Shown: positions 18,216 to 29,505, counted from the stretch's first letter. The stretch is DNA of 64,000 nt from Candidatus Bruticola sp. (GCA_051874695.1 JBJEGC010000015.1:119800-183799); one strand, 5' to 3'. Numbers and translations are program-made. Notes: generated from the letters alone by a model not told the origin.

Positions 18216-20090
18216 ATGTTCATTAAGAAAAACACGTATCTAAAGTTTGCCAGCGTTTCTCTTGTACTACTTTTATCAGGAGGAGTAGCTGTCACCTCAG
18301 CCGGATGCAGCGAAGGCGACGTCGTTCATAACCATTATGCGGCTACTTCCAACGGCGGATCAGCCTCAGATCCTTCAGATCCCTCCTCTCCTTCGGACCC
18401 TTCAAATCCTTCAGATCCGTCCTCTCCCACAGATCCCGGCCAGGTTTGGGGGCGCACGGTCTTTATCTCTATAGCTACCGACACTTTACCTGCAGAAGTA
18501 GTCAGCGCCCAGTATAGCTACAGCGACGCCGACGGCAATCAAATTAAAAAGTCCGATCCGGAAACTATCGATCGCGAAGGCTCCAATGTTTATACCGCCA
18601 CAGACGACAGCGTGCCCGAAGGGGCTGTAAAAATTACTATTGCTTATTACGACAAAGACGGTAATCTTTTGGCGGTTGATGAAAAAGACCTCGATTGGTA
18701 AAGTGGCGGCTCTGAAGGCAGCAGCAGCGAAGGAACAGCCAGCATAGAAAGCAGTGATCCCGCCACTATTTCTACCGATTCTACACTGGTACTTCAAGCT
18801 GACAAATACGTTTTAAAGCCTTCGGAAACGACTAAACTAACCTGCCTCTTGGTCAATGCAGATGGCACCAGCGTCGATGTAACTCCCTTTGCTGCCTTCG
18901 GCAATGTCTATAGCGACGTCTTAACCAGCAGTAACAGTGAAATTCACGGTCAGTATCAAGCGGTTGGCTACAACGGCAAACACGAAGGCGTAGCCGATAA
19001 AATTTCAGCCACTGCCTCGACCCCTTCAGGCAAGCAAACCGTTCTTATTGCTAGTCCAATATATGTCACGGAGCAAAAGGTAGACAGCATTAAGCTAGCC
19101 CCGGCTAATCTCGACGGCCTGGAGATAACAGTCAGCGACAACAACACGCCCAATAACCCCAACGACGACTACTCAACTTTGGTCTGTGTGCCAGAAGTAT
19201 TTAACGGCAAAACAGTACACCAGAGTTTCAACCGAAAAGCTGGTACTTTCAGCTTGCACGGATTGAATGCTGAGGTTGACGCCATAAACGAACAGCCCAT
19301 GCTCGCTTTAGCCTCGTTTACCAGCGAATCAGGAAAAGGCCCCTCCCCGACTGGAGTCGATGTAACAGATCAAACTACTTTTTCGGCCCAAAATACTACA
19401 ACTTACGCGATCTGGATAACCTTCGACGTTGAAACTGAGGGCAATATCATCCGTCCTAAAGCCATAGAGTCAAAACTGGCCAGCAATGTAGGATATTCAA
19501 ACGATATTCAAGTTACGGGCGTATATTCGAACGACGGCACCGAGCTTACCGCCTCTACTAAGGTGCGTGCCAAGCTAGGCTGGTCGCACACCTCTTTTGC
19601 ATTTAAACAGGATGATGGCACCTATCGACCGGTCAGCTACGAACTAAATCAGTATGTATATAAAACCAATAGCGATCCCCTCAACGCTGGCAACGATATA
19701 CTCTGTGGCGTCAAAACTAACCCTAAGCTGGTGGTCAGCCAAGAATTCTATCTAAAAGGAGTAATTTGCTACGGAGGTAAGACATTCTGCTGCGATATTC
19801 CCGAAGAGTTGCTGCCTGCTGATGGCTACCCAGGTGCATCTTCCGGAGGAGCAGGCATTAGCACAGTAACTCCCTCCCTTAGACAGACTGTTTCCAAGCA
19901 CAACAACTATCTCTTTGAGGTGACCTGGTACGGTTCTTCCAGTTATGATCATGCCTACCTGAAAATTAGAGAAGATAGCGTATGGACTGCGGCTTGCCTG
20001 CCTTCATTTGCCCCTGGTGAAGTCTATAACATCAACCGCAGCTACGGAAGTTATATCGCTTCAGGTATAATCGATATCGGCAGCAACTAA
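18216..20090 (+). pseudogene. Big_2-like lipoprotein gene (paralog 1) with one in-frame TAA at 18699-18701; otherwise a continuous 624-codon frame
   Basis: Lipoprotein signal ending TSAGC. ORFs 18216..18701 and 18849..20090 are in the same frame, separated only by the TAA. Sequence on both sides aligns colinearly to paralogs 2 and 3 (AYYDKDGN, ADKYVLKPSE, KGVICxxGKTFCCDIPEE). Downstream terminator at about 20110-20156. Confidence 0.7.
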
Positions 20091-20109
20091 CTTTTCAGCG
20101 CAAATAACA

Positions 20110-20156
20110 AAAAAAGCCCTCTTCAGTCTTACAGACAGAGTAGGGCTTTTTTTTGT
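20110..20156 (+). terminator. Intrinsic terminator after lipoprotein paralog 1
   Basis: gccctc...gagtagggc stem followed by tttttttt. Confidence 0.6.
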
Positions 20157-20603
20157 TACTTAACTAACCAGCCTGAAAATTTCTTACTTCCCCTCTACGG
20201 CATTACATATTACAAAAAGGCGATTAAATATTATACATACAACCCTCTTTTGTTGAAGCGCTTCCCTAGATAAAGATCCATAAAAACATAGCATCCACCA
20301 ATAACATCTTTATAGATACAATTATTCTACTAACATATACCGTATTTATCATATACAACATAATAAGTACAATTAAAAAAAACACATTAATTGATTAATA
20401 ACAATTTTATACACAATATTTCATCATATTTTACATAAAACATTAACTGAATAATTACACAAAAACATATACTGTTATATAGATAAGTAAGTTTAAAAAA
20501 CCTATATTTTCGGACATTTAAACGCTTTAAACCAGGACAAAATTTTTTTTAAGTAATATAAATAACCTCTTATTATTCCCCAGGGAGACAAAAAAACTTC
20601 ACC

Positions 20604-22451
20604 ATGAATCTTAACTCAAAAATGTGCTTAAACTTTACTCGTATTTCACTCATACTACTTTTAGTTGGAGGAGTTGCCTGCATGTCGTCCGGATGCGGTG
20701 ATGACGTAACGCACAATCACTACACAACCGGCAGCAGTGCCTCTACCGATACACCTGGCGGCGGTTCCAGATCTTCTACCGACGATCCGGGCAGCGGTTC
20801 TCAAGACCCCAGCCAAGTATGGGGACGCACCGTTTTCATATCTATTGCGACAGATACTCTACCTTCGGAAGCGGTTACTGCTCAATACACTTACAGTGAC
20901 AGCTAAGGCAACCCTATTAAACAGTCCGGACAAGAAACTATTGATCGCTCAGGAGCAACTAACTACACCATCACCGATGAGTCTGCGCCCAGCGAAGCGG
21001 TCAAGATGGTAATTGCTTACTACGATAAAAACGGTAACATTATAGCTATCGACGAACGGGACATTACTTGGGACGGCGAAGAAACCGGCAGTGTCCAAAG
21101 CAGCGATCCCAAAGAGCTCAGCCGCACGGCCAAGCTGGTACTTACAGCCGACAAATACGTTTTGAAGCCTTCAGAACAAACACAGCTGACCTGCATGTTG
21201 GTAAACGAAGACGGCAGCAGCGTTAACGTTACTAATTTCGCTGCTTTTAGCAACATTTACAGCGATGTCCTCAAGGGCTCCGGTGAAAGCACACGCGGAC
21301 TCTATGAAGCCGTTGGTCATAGCGGAACTCACGGCGGCGTAGCCGATAAAATTCAAGTTACCGCTTCTACCCCTGCCGGCGAGCAGACTGTGTCTTTGGA
21401 CAACCCCATTTATGTAACCGAACAGAGTATTAACGGCTTTTATTTAAAGCCCGGCGATATTGACGGACATAAAATTACTGTCAATGACAACTCTACCCCA
21501 AATAACCCCAACGACGACTACTCTGTGGTTCTTTATCTGCCCAATGAAGTCAAAGGCGAAGTTGTCAATCAAACTTTAAACCATAAATGGGGTACCTTCA
21601 CTAAATACGACGATTTAGTAGAAAATTATGCTATAAATGAACTGCCTATAACTGCTATAGCGACATTCGGCAGTGAAGAAGGCAAAGGTCCCTCTCCCAC
21701 AGGCCTCGATATCACTGACAAGGTGTCTTTCTCGGCTGAAGTTACTAAAGTTTGGTCTTCAGAATTACTTCCTACTGTTTCCATGAGAGACAAGGTCGTC
21801 TTACCCAGTTTTGACTATTCCACTGCCAAGTTCTTTAGCGGCATAAATTCAGCAAGTACTGTAACTGTCACCGGTACTTACAAAGAAGGAAGTCTTGACA
21901 CTTCATCAAGTTGTTTGGTTAAGATGGCGCCAAGTTGGACAAAAACAGCTTTTGCCGTAAAGAAAGAGGATGGAACTTACAGAGCTATCGGCTACGAACT
22001 CGGTGATCAAGTATACGATTCCTCAACTACCCCTGAAGCTGGTTACGCTACTGGAGCCAAAACTTATCCCAATACGACAGTCAAAAGAACCCTGTATTTA
22101 AAGGGAGTAATATGCGCTCTGGGTAAAACTTTCTGCTGCGATATTCCGGAAGAAATACTCCCCAACGGCAAATATCCCAGTGCTTCCTCAGCTTCTTACG
22201 GAGGTAATGTCACGGAAACTATCAGCCAAGTAGAATCCGGCAAAAATGAATACCTTCTCACAATAACCTGGCAAACTACTGGCACCGATGTCAATTTCTC
22301 CGCCGACCGTGTAAAGTTGTCTTTGAATGTAGACAGCACCTATACCGATGCTTGCTTGCCTTCATTCTCCTTGGCCGAGTTCTTCTACAAAACATATATC
22401 TACGGCAGTTATTCTACTGCTGGTGAGTACTTCATGGATAACGACGAATAA
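20604..22451 (+). pseudogene. Big_2-like lipoprotein gene (paralog 2) with one in-frame TAA at 20904-20906; otherwise a continuous 615-codon frame
   Basis: Lipoprotein signal MSSGC. ORFs 20604..20906 and 21006..22451 share a frame. The TAA occupies the position of an Asp codon (GAC) in paralog 1 (YSDADGN vs YSDS*GN). Homology to paralog 1 is colinear through the C-terminal Cys-rich motif. Confidence 0.7.
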
Positions 22452-22500
22452 ATAGACAAAAATCTGCTACAGTTACACTGCAGGCAGACTGTTGATAACT

Positions 22501-22542
22501 AAAAAGCGGAGTACCGCGTTGGCAGTACCCCGCTTTTTAGTT
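22501..22542. terminator. Bidirectional terminator between paralog 2 and the convergent hypothetical gene
   Basis: aaaaaGCGGagtaccgcgttggcagtacCCCGCttttt. Confidence 0.6.
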
Positions 22543-22548
22543 TGTCAT

Positions 22549-23349
22549 TCAAACTGGAAGCTTCATAAAGGCAAGCTGCCCAGATGAACTCCACGTTGTG
22601 CCAGGCTGATTAACTTTGCTAAGTTTAACAGCAAAAGTGCGCTTTTCTTCACTGCGGGGCGCAGGAGGTGTAACCAGATAAAAAGAGGTATACTCGGCAT
22701 CCGCTCCAGCTTCAGCTAAACTCAGCAGTGTACTACAGCAAAAACAAACCCTAAAACCGACTTTAAGCAGAGCGGCCACACTACAAGGAAGTTCGGAACG
22801 ATCGGCGCCGACAGTCCAAAATTGACTCAGAATCTGGTCAGCCCGCAAAGGAATACTGTCCGGATCCGAATCTTTATAACCAGCTAATAAGCTAAAACGC
22901 TCTTTTTCTAACGAAACACACTTCTGCTCCGCCATAAAACGAGAGTATAAATCATCGGCTTTTTCTAAAATTTCTTCCTGCCAATCTTCACAAATATCTG
23001 AGGAGGCAAAACTTTGAAAAGAGCACAGACTCATATCATAGACGCGCTCCCAGCTACTTTTCCAGCCTAGCGATTCCACAATTTGTTCGATAATGTCTAC
23101 GGCTATCGGCTGCTGAGCTAACCACTCCACAAAAAGCCGGTTCAGCAGTGAGTCAGGCTCAGCTATGCCGCAAATTGTATACCACTCGTGGGCCGGCAAG
23201 CAGAAAAAGCTTCTCTCAGCTTCGGGACTCCCTGCTTCACGAGCACATATATACACAAATTCAGTTCTGCTCTCTTCGAGATCGGAACCACCTTCTATAA
23301 ATTGGCTCTCACAGCTGAGATTTTTTTCCATAAATCGGGGAAAATTCAA
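22549..23349 (-). CDS. Hypothetical protein downstream of rapA
   Basis: 266 aa. No recognisable motif. Confidence 0.4.
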   Translation of the reverse strand: MNFPRFMEKNLSCESQFIEGGSDLEESRTEFVYICAREAGSPEAERSFFCLPAHEWYTICGIAEPDSLLNRLFVEWLAQQPIAVDIIEQIVESLGWKSSWERVYDMSLCSFQSFASSDICEDWQEEILEKADDLYSRFMAEQKCVSLEKERFSLLAGYKDSDPDSIPLRADQILSQFWTVGADRSELPCSVAALLKVGFRVCFCCSTLLSLAEAGADAEYTSFYLVTPPAPRSEEKRTFAVKLSKVNQPGTTWSSSGQLAFMKLPV

Positions 23350-23372
23350 CCTGACGCGCCCCCTGACTACTC

Positions 23373-26183
23373 TTAATTATTTCCGTTCTCTCCAGTCTCC
23401 ATAACTACTAAGCGCACGGCATCTAAACGAGGGCTGGAATCGGCAATAGCAGAGTACACTGTTTCGTTTAGTTCGTCCTGAGCCTCTATGTCGCACTGAG
23501 AGACCGAAGGGTTAATCTTGCTCAGTTCTTGCAGACGGAGTTTTTCGCCTTCCAAGGTAAACTTAGCTTTTTCCATTGCTTTATCGCGCATAGGTTTAAC
23601 CATATTCTGGACGGCTTGGACAACTTTCTCGGTGATAAGTTCAACCCTCTCTCCACATTTTTCCCAGAGCTTAACCACGCCGTTTGGCTTAATACGCTTC
23701 ATACCTTTATGAGCAGGTATTTCACCCTTATAAATGTTGCCGTTTAAAGTTACATTAATCAAAATGGGCACAGGAGATAGATAACGTCCTAATTCCAAAT
23801 TGTCTTGGCCGACAGCCTCAAAAATAAACAGAAATTGAATAATTACTCCAGCTTGAGGAGCCGCTTTCCAGTAAACGGCTGAGGCACTGCCTTCAGTTCC
23901 GTCTACAGCAAAAGATAAAATTTCTTTCACCAAAGGATGAGCCCCGTTCAGATACTCAATCTCTTCGCGAGCCAGCGCCAAATTACGATCGAAAGTAGCC
24001 AACATGCCACCTTCACGCAAACGAGAAAGCGACTCAATTTGCATATTCTTACTGGGAGTAAGATGATACATACCGGCCGTACTTAGCTCTTCCACATTGA
24101 TGCCAAAACGTTCTAAGAGCTTTATAACTACATTTTCAATGTCGAACTGTTTTGTCTCCGCTTCAATTAAAGAAGCCAACTGGCTGCCGCGCTCCTCATT
24201 GAACGAATTTAAATCAACTAAATAATCTACGTTTTCCTCAGCTTTCCGCCTGAAATCTTTAGCCAATTCCAAAGATTTACTTAAAACAGCCCTAAAATCG
24301 CCCGCTTCAAGCAGAACTTTATCTAACCTAACGGCAGTAGCAATCTCTTCCCCACCCTCTACAGGCCCTTCAAAGGAACCCAAAATTTTATGCCAGGCAA
24401 AAAGACGCTCTTCCGGCGTTCCCTTAAAATACATTATGTATACATCGACAGGGTGAGTCTGGCCAATACGATCTAAACGGCCAATACGCTGTTCTACAGT
24501 GTCTGGACTCAGAGGGATATCCCAGAAAATTAGAGTATGCGCAGCTTGAAAATTACGCCCTTCACTACCGATTTCGCTACAAAGCAAAATATCTGCTCCT
24601 TCAGGATCGGTAAACCAGACAGCCTGCTTATCGCGTTCAAATACGGTTAAGCCTTCATGAAAAACAGCCGAATAAATGCCGAAATTGTCGCGCAGCCTCT
24701 CGTGCAAAGCTGACACCAACTGCATGCGCTTGGCAATCAGCACAACTTTTTCACCGGGATGTGATTTTATATACGAGGCAATCCAAATGACGCGCTGATC
24801 TTGGCGCATCTGAGCAGCAGTCAACTCCTTTAGGCCGACAAAAACATTTTCTGCGGCATTGCGGGAAAGGGGCACGGGATGAATAACACGCCCGGAAAAT
24901 AGATCGGACAGACGGCTGCGCCTGTTGCGGAAAAGTACCCGACCCGGGCCGTGACGATCAATAAGAGCACTAAGTAAAGCTCGGCTGTGAGAGTCGGCAC
25001 CCTCATTATCCAAATTATTTCTTAAACCGTCGGCCAAATGATGTACTTGAGAATCGTTAGGAAAGGCCTCTTCAATTGCCTGCAGCGACTCCAAAGTCTG
25101 ACAGCGTCGCTCAGAAAGTTCATTTTCTTGCAAAGCGGCACAAAGTTTTTTCGCTAAATCGGAACCGCGCTTCCAAGCGGCCCGCTCCTGACAATAATTG
25201 GAGAAGTCGGTAAAGCGTTTAGGATCGACTAAACGGAGCAAACCGAACTCAGTTTCCAAACCGCTTCTGGAAGGAGTAGCAGTAAGCAGAAGAACACTGG
25301 CTGACTTATCGGCCAATTTGCGGACTGCTTCATAAGCGCTCTGGCCTTCGTGCAAGTGATGCGCTTCATCGATAATAAGCAAATCCCAATCGTATTTTAA
25401 AGCTTCGTCGATTAGTCCATCTTTCAAGGCCGTCCAAGGGGTAATTGCTCGGCGGGCGGCCATGTAAGGATCTTCTTCCTCCAGCGCCTCACTGTCCACT
25501 AAGCTGAAAACTTCGTTGAACCGGCGGGCCATTTCCGCTAACCACTGATTCGTTAAGCTGTCGGGCAGCACAACTAAAACTCTGGAAGCGCGGCCGCATT
25601 CGCGCAGCACGCTGAAAATGCGTCCGGCCTCAATAGTTTTGCCCAATCCTACTTCATCGGAGAGCAAAACGCGCGGATTCAGCATAGAACAAACTCGTTC
25701 AGTGACATAGAGCTGATGAGGCAAAAGGCTGGCTCTGGAAGCACCGACAAAGTAGGATCCGGAACTCATCATTTTGGAACGCAATTTATGAGCAGCTAAA
25801 CGCAGATGAAGGTCTTCCGGATAACCTACATTACCGTAATACATGCGTCCTAAAGAACTGGAAAGAGGCACTTTATCTTCTAAGTCGGCCTCCGACATGA
25901 ATTGCTCACCATGCCAGTATATTACTAAACCATCTTGCTGAGTAAGCCGCTCAATACGAAAATGGCGTCCATCGCGAGCTACAGCCATTTGACCGGGGCG
26001 CAAAATAATACGACGCAAAGGAGCAGTTTTAATTCTATACAAACATTCTTCCGATTTTGCCGGGAAATAAACTTTGAGCAAACGCTCATCAATAACTTCT
26101 TCGACACACCCCAATCCCATCTGCGGATTGGACTCATTGATAATCCTTTGACCCTTCACAAATTTTTCTAATAGATCCGACAT
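23373..26183 (-). CDS. rapA: RNA polymerase-associated SNF2-family ATPase RapA (HepA)
   Basis: 936 aa. N-terminal region resembles RapA (NPQMGLGCVEEV like E. coli ESELGLGTVV). LLPHQLYVTERV..PRVLLSDEVGLGKTIEAG (motif I), DEAHHL (motif II), helicase C motifs. Confidence 0.8.
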   Translation of the reverse strand: MSDLLEKFVKGQRIINESNPQMGLGCVEEVIDERLLKVYFPAKSEECLYRIKTAPLRRIILRPGQMAVARDGRHFRIERLTQQDGLVIYWHGEQFMSEADLEDKVPLSSSLGRMYYGNVGYPEDLHLRLAAHKLRSKMMSSGSYFVGASRASLLPHQLYVTERVCSMLNPRVLLSDEVGLGKTIEAGRIFSVLRECGRASRVLVVLPDSLTNQWLAEMARRFNEVFSLVDSEALEEEDPYMAARRAITPWTALKDGLIDEALKYDWDLLIIDEAHHLHEGQSAYEAVRKLADKSASVLLLTATPSRSGLETEFGLLRLVDPKRFTDFSNYCQERAAWKRGSDLAKKLCAALQENELSERRCQTLESLQAIEEAFPNDSQVHHLADGLRNNLDNEGADSHSRALLSALIDRHGPGRVLFRNRRSRLSDLFSGRVIHPVPLSRNAAENVFVGLKELTAAQMRQDQRVIWIASYIKSHPGEKVVLIAKRMQLVSALHERLRDNFGIYSAVFHEGLTVFERDKQAVWFTDPEGADILLCSEIGSEGRNFQAAHTLIFWDIPLSPDTVEQRIGRLDRIGQTHPVDVYIMYFKGTPEERLFAWHKILGSFEGPVEGGEEIATAVRLDKVLLEAGDFRAVLSKSLELAKDFRRKAEENVDYLVDLNSFNEERGSQLASLIEAETKQFDIENVVIKLLERFGINVEELSTAGMYHLTPSKNMQIESLSRLREGGMLATFDRNLALAREEIEYLNGAHPLVKEILSFAVDGTEGSASAVYWKAAPQAGVIIQFLFIFEAVGQDNLELGRYLSPVPILINVTLNGNIYKGEIPAHKGMKRIKPNGVVKLWEKCGERVELITEKVVQAVQNMVKPMRDKAMEKAKFTLEGEKLRLQELSKINPSVSQCDIEAQDELNETVYSAIADSSPRLDAVRLVVMETGENGNN

Positions 26184-26392
26184 AGTAATCCATCCAATAA
26201 AGCACTATTGTTATGTGTTATTCCAGCAAAAAAAATAAGCATAGCGACCCCTCCCGCATCCCCCCAGCCAAATCAAGCTAAGAAAACAAACAGCGCAGTC
26301 TATACCACTTTTTTAGGTGCTTTTCCTTTAGATCAAACTCACAAAAGCAGTGTTCGCCGATGTATCAAGCTGTTGCCTCTCAAATGTTTCAT

Positions 26393-26440
26393 AAAGAAAA
26401 CAGACACGTCCTCATACCCAAGTATAAGAACATGTCTGCT
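26393..26440 (-). terminator. Intrinsic terminator after the OPT transporter gene
   Basis: On the minus strand: cagacatgt...acgtgtctg stem followed by ttttcttt. Confidence 0.45.
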
Positions 26441-26454
26441 TTCTATCCAATTTT

Positions 26455-28623
26455 CTATTCCTTAGCCGGGTACTCTTCCGCCTGGCCTGCACTGTCATCA
26501 ACCCCGTCCATTTTACCATCCGCAGCCTCAGTTTTTCCGGTATTAGACTTAACAATAGCAGAAAGAGCCCTTTCGGACATTTTTCCGTCGAAACACGCCC
26601 AGCAGAAAAGCAAGCCTCCCAATCCGACAAAACACAGAGTGCCCAGCAAATCGTAACCCGCTACCCCCAGGATAGCCGTAAGCATTTTTTCCAAACTGAT
26701 ACCAGTTAAAAAAGCAGAAGCAGTATAATTGACACTGCAGAGAGCGATAAACACACCAGACAAAGCACCACCGGCGACCAAACCAGTTGCAAATAAACTG
26801 CCGCTGCTCAGATCGTCATCGAAAGTTTTATTTTGGATGCTGTTGTATCTGTCAGCCAAACCGCGAACTACTCCACCGGCGAATATGGGCAGAGTAGTAG
26901 AAATGGGTAGATAAGCTCCCACAGCAAACGATAGAGAATTGACCCCGCAGAGCTCAAAAGTAAGGGCTAGAAATGCCCCTACCAGAACGAACTGCCAATC
27001 AAGATTAAAAGAGAGCAAACCGCGAATAAGCGTAGCCATAAGCGTGCCCTGAGGAGTCGGATATTGAGCTGTACCAATAGCGTGTACAATACCCTTAGCC
27101 TGCATTGCCAAAGTAGGAGCATCCAACACATGTATGGTCCACCCCACGGCAAAAGAAGAAACAATCGCTCCAATAAAAAGGGCTATTTGCTGATACTTGG
27201 GGGTAGCCCCTACTAAATACCCCGTCTTAAGGTCCTGACTGGTCGCTCCGGAAGTAGCTGCGGCGATGCACACTATGCTACCTACTACCAAAGCTAAAGG
27301 TTCATAAAAACGTCCGGTCCACCCCAAAGCAATGAATATAAGGCAAGTTCCCATTATGGTAGCTATGGTCATACCGGATATAGGGCTTGAGCTGCTGCCA
27401 ATTAACCCGACAATGCGACTAGAAACGGTCACAAAGAAGAAACCAAAAACTACAATTAAAACAGCTAAAACAAGTTTTCCCCACAGAGTATGAGCCGGTA
27501 AAATGGGCAAAAAGGCAAGTACCGCTACCAAAACAGCACAGCCGATCAACACTGTTACCATCGAAAGATCGCGCTCTGTACGCACCTTTTGCGCCGCGGC
27601 TTCTTTGTTTTGCAGCGATTTAAAACTGGACAAAAAAGAAGAAACAATAGTGGGAAAAGTTTTTAAAAGAGTTAAAAAACCTCCGCAAGCCACGGCTCCA
27701 GCGCCTATTTGACGCACGTAAGCGCGGTAAATAGCTCCAGGCACATCGGTAAAAGTATGAGTAATGGGATTCCAGCCGCAAGGTCCTCCCGCAGTCATCA
27801 GGTCTGGCATTTCTCCCAAATTAACCAGCTGCTGAGCCACCACCTCCGTAGGCAGCAAAGTAGCCAGTAAAGGTATAAGGGCTAACCAAGAAAGCACACC
27901 TCCGGCAACCATTACCCCGGCCAACTGCGGACCAACGATATAACCTATACCCAAATATTCAGGAGTAATCTCTCCTCCTACGTAGGCCGACGGCCAAAAC
28001 TTATTTTTTAGCGAGGTAACTACGCAAGGGGTCTGGGCTATAAAGCGGATCCCTTTCTGCAGAAAAGCGTAAACAAAAGCTGCCGCCACTCCCCAATAGG
28101 CATTTTTAGCAAATTCTCCGCCTTGATCACCGGCAATTAGCACCTGCGCACAGGCTGTGCCCTCAGGATAGGGCAGGTTATCATGTTCATGAACTATTAA
28201 ATTAGGACGCAACGGCACCATCATAAGAGTGCCCAGTAGGCCACCGCACAGAGCCAAAATAAAAATTACCCAGTAGTGGAAAAACGAAGGCCCATCCGAA
28301 CCAGCGCTTAGGAATAGAAAACCGGGCATGGTGAAAATTACTCCCGAAGCAATAGATTCACTGGCCGAACCAGCCGTTTGAATAATGTTATTTTCTAAAA
28401 TAGTTGTTTGAAATAGACGACGACCGCAAGATATGGCCAGTACAGCAATAGGAATGGAAGCCGAGACGGTCATTCCGGCCTTTAAGGCCAAGTACACTGA
28501 AGCTGCACCGAAAAGGGCACCGAAAACAACTCCCAAAATTATGGCTCTGAGAGTAAATTCGCGCATTTCTTGTTGCGGCGGCACATAAGGAGTAAATTCT
28601 GTTTTATTAATTCCGGAAGTCAC
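26455..28623 (-). CDS. OPT-family oligopeptide transporter
   Basis: 722 aa polytopic membrane protein. N-terminal FTLRAIILGVVFGALFGAASVYLALKAGMTVSASIPIAVLA and overall length and topology are typical of the OPT family. Confidence 0.7.
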   Translation of the reverse strand: MTSGINKTEFTPYVPPQQEMREFTLRAIILGVVFGALFGAASVYLALKAGMTVSASIPIAVLAISCGRRLFQTTILENNIIQTAGSASESIASGVIFTMPGFLFLSAGSDGPSFFHYWVIFILALCGGLLGTLMMVPLRPNLIVHEHDNLPYPEGTACAQVLIAGDQGGEFAKNAYWGVAAAFVYAFLQKGIRFIAQTPCVVTSLKNKFWPSAYVGGEITPEYLGIGYIVGPQLAGVMVAGGVLSWLALIPLLATLLPTEVVAQQLVNLGEMPDLMTAGGPCGWNPITHTFTDVPGAIYRAYVRQIGAGAVACGGFLTLLKTFPTIVSSFLSSFKSLQNKEAAAQKVRTERDLSMVTVLIGCAVLVAVLAFLPILPAHTLWGKLVLAVLIVVFGFFFVTVSSRIVGLIGSSSSPISGMTIATIMGTCLIFIALGWTGRFYEPLALVVGSIVCIAAATSGATSQDLKTGYLVGATPKYQQIALFIGAIVSSFAVGWTIHVLDAPTLAMQAKGIVHAIGTAQYPTPQGTLMATLIRGLLSFNLDWQFVLVGAFLALTFELCGVNSLSFAVGAYLPISTTLPIFAGGVVRGLADRYNSIQNKTFDDDLSSGSLFATGLVAGGALSGVFIALCSVNYTASAFLTGISLEKMLTAILGVAGYDLLGTLCFVGLGGLLFCWACFDGKMSERALSAIVKSNTGKTEAADGKMDGVDDSAGQAEEYPAKE

Positions 28624-28673
28624 AACGCTGCAAACCTATCTATGTAAATTAAAGAAAACTTATATTAAAGTGA

Positions 28674-29480
28674 TTAAAGGACACTGGGACTCTGGCCTTT
28701 GTTATGTTCTGAAAGGCCGTATTCAGCGCGCAAACCTTCAACTCGATCCTGAATGTCCTCAATGCGATCTTGGGTTAACGGATGCGTACTGAGCAAGGAA
28801 TTCATAAACTGACTGTCACCCTTGCCACTGTCATTCTTTTTCAGAATTTGCAAAGCTTCTACACCGTAACCGGGATCGTATCCGGCTTTACACATAAGTA
28901 CCGTGCCTCCGCTATCAGCTTCTTTTTCCTGAGACTGGCTATAGCGGTTGCTAATGACAAAATTAGTCATACCAACTAGGTTGGAAATTTGATTGCGATT
29001 GCCGCCCCTGATTAGACTAGTCAACAGAGCTCCGCCCAGCTGCCCCATCATAGAGCGCTCCAAAGTTTTTACAGAGTGGCGCTTCTCTACATGAGTAATT
29101 TCGTGCCCTAGAACAAAACTCAGCTGGTTTAGGCTCATCACTTTGCATATTCCCTTAGTGACGTAGATATAACCTCCGGGAAAGGCAAAAGCATTGATTA
29201 CATCTTGGTTTAACACCTTAAAACTGTAAGGAATGCCGCGCTCACCGTGTTTGACCAAACTCTGTCCCAAATTGTCTATCTGAGCTGCCAGCCGGACATT
29301 CTGAACTAAACCGTATTTTTTTTCTATCTGTTGGGAGGAAGATTTACCTATCTGAATTTCCTGCTTAACAGAGATCATAGCAGCCAAAGCCGGAATAGTG
29401 AAGGCAAAGATCAGTACAAGCAGATATAAGCCCATTTTCTTTGTCTTGTTGTAATTAAACATACCGGAAAACCTCTGCAA
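28674..29480 (-). CDS. M48-family zinc metalloprotease (BepA/YcaL-like), secreted
   Basis: Signal peptide. HEITHVEKRH HExxH motif. About 270 aa, typical of periplasmic M48 peptidases. Confidence 0.75.
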   Translation of the reverse strand: MQRFSGMFNYNKTKKMGLYLLVLIFAFTIPALAAMISVKQEIQIGKSSSQQIEKKYGLVQNVRLAAQIDNLGQSLVKHGERGIPYSFKVLNQDVINAFAFPGGYIYVTKGICKVMSLNQLSFVLGHEITHVEKRHSVKTLERSMMGQLGGALLTSLIRGGNRNQISNLVGMTNFVISNRYSQSQEKEADSGGTVLMCKAGYDPGYGVEALQILKKNDSGKGDSQFMNSLLSTHPLTQDRIEDIQDRVEGLRAEYGLSEHNKGQSPSVL

Positions 29481-29505
29481 AATTTACGACATATATGAGG
29501 CGATT

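Noticed and set aside
18699-20906. Global reassignment of TAA as a sense codon, to explain the two in-frame stops
   Set aside because: TAA clearly terminates many well-defined genes here (efp, dacB, xdhC-like and both DUF3300-like genes), with terminators following. Only local read-through or nonsense mutation remain plausible.
18849-22451. Treating 18849..20090 and 21006..22451 as independent genes
   Set aside because: Their N-termini fall inside conserved alignment blocks of the intact paralog. They lack signal peptides and SDs and are in frame with the upstream ORFs. They are better explained as downstream parts of interrupted genes.
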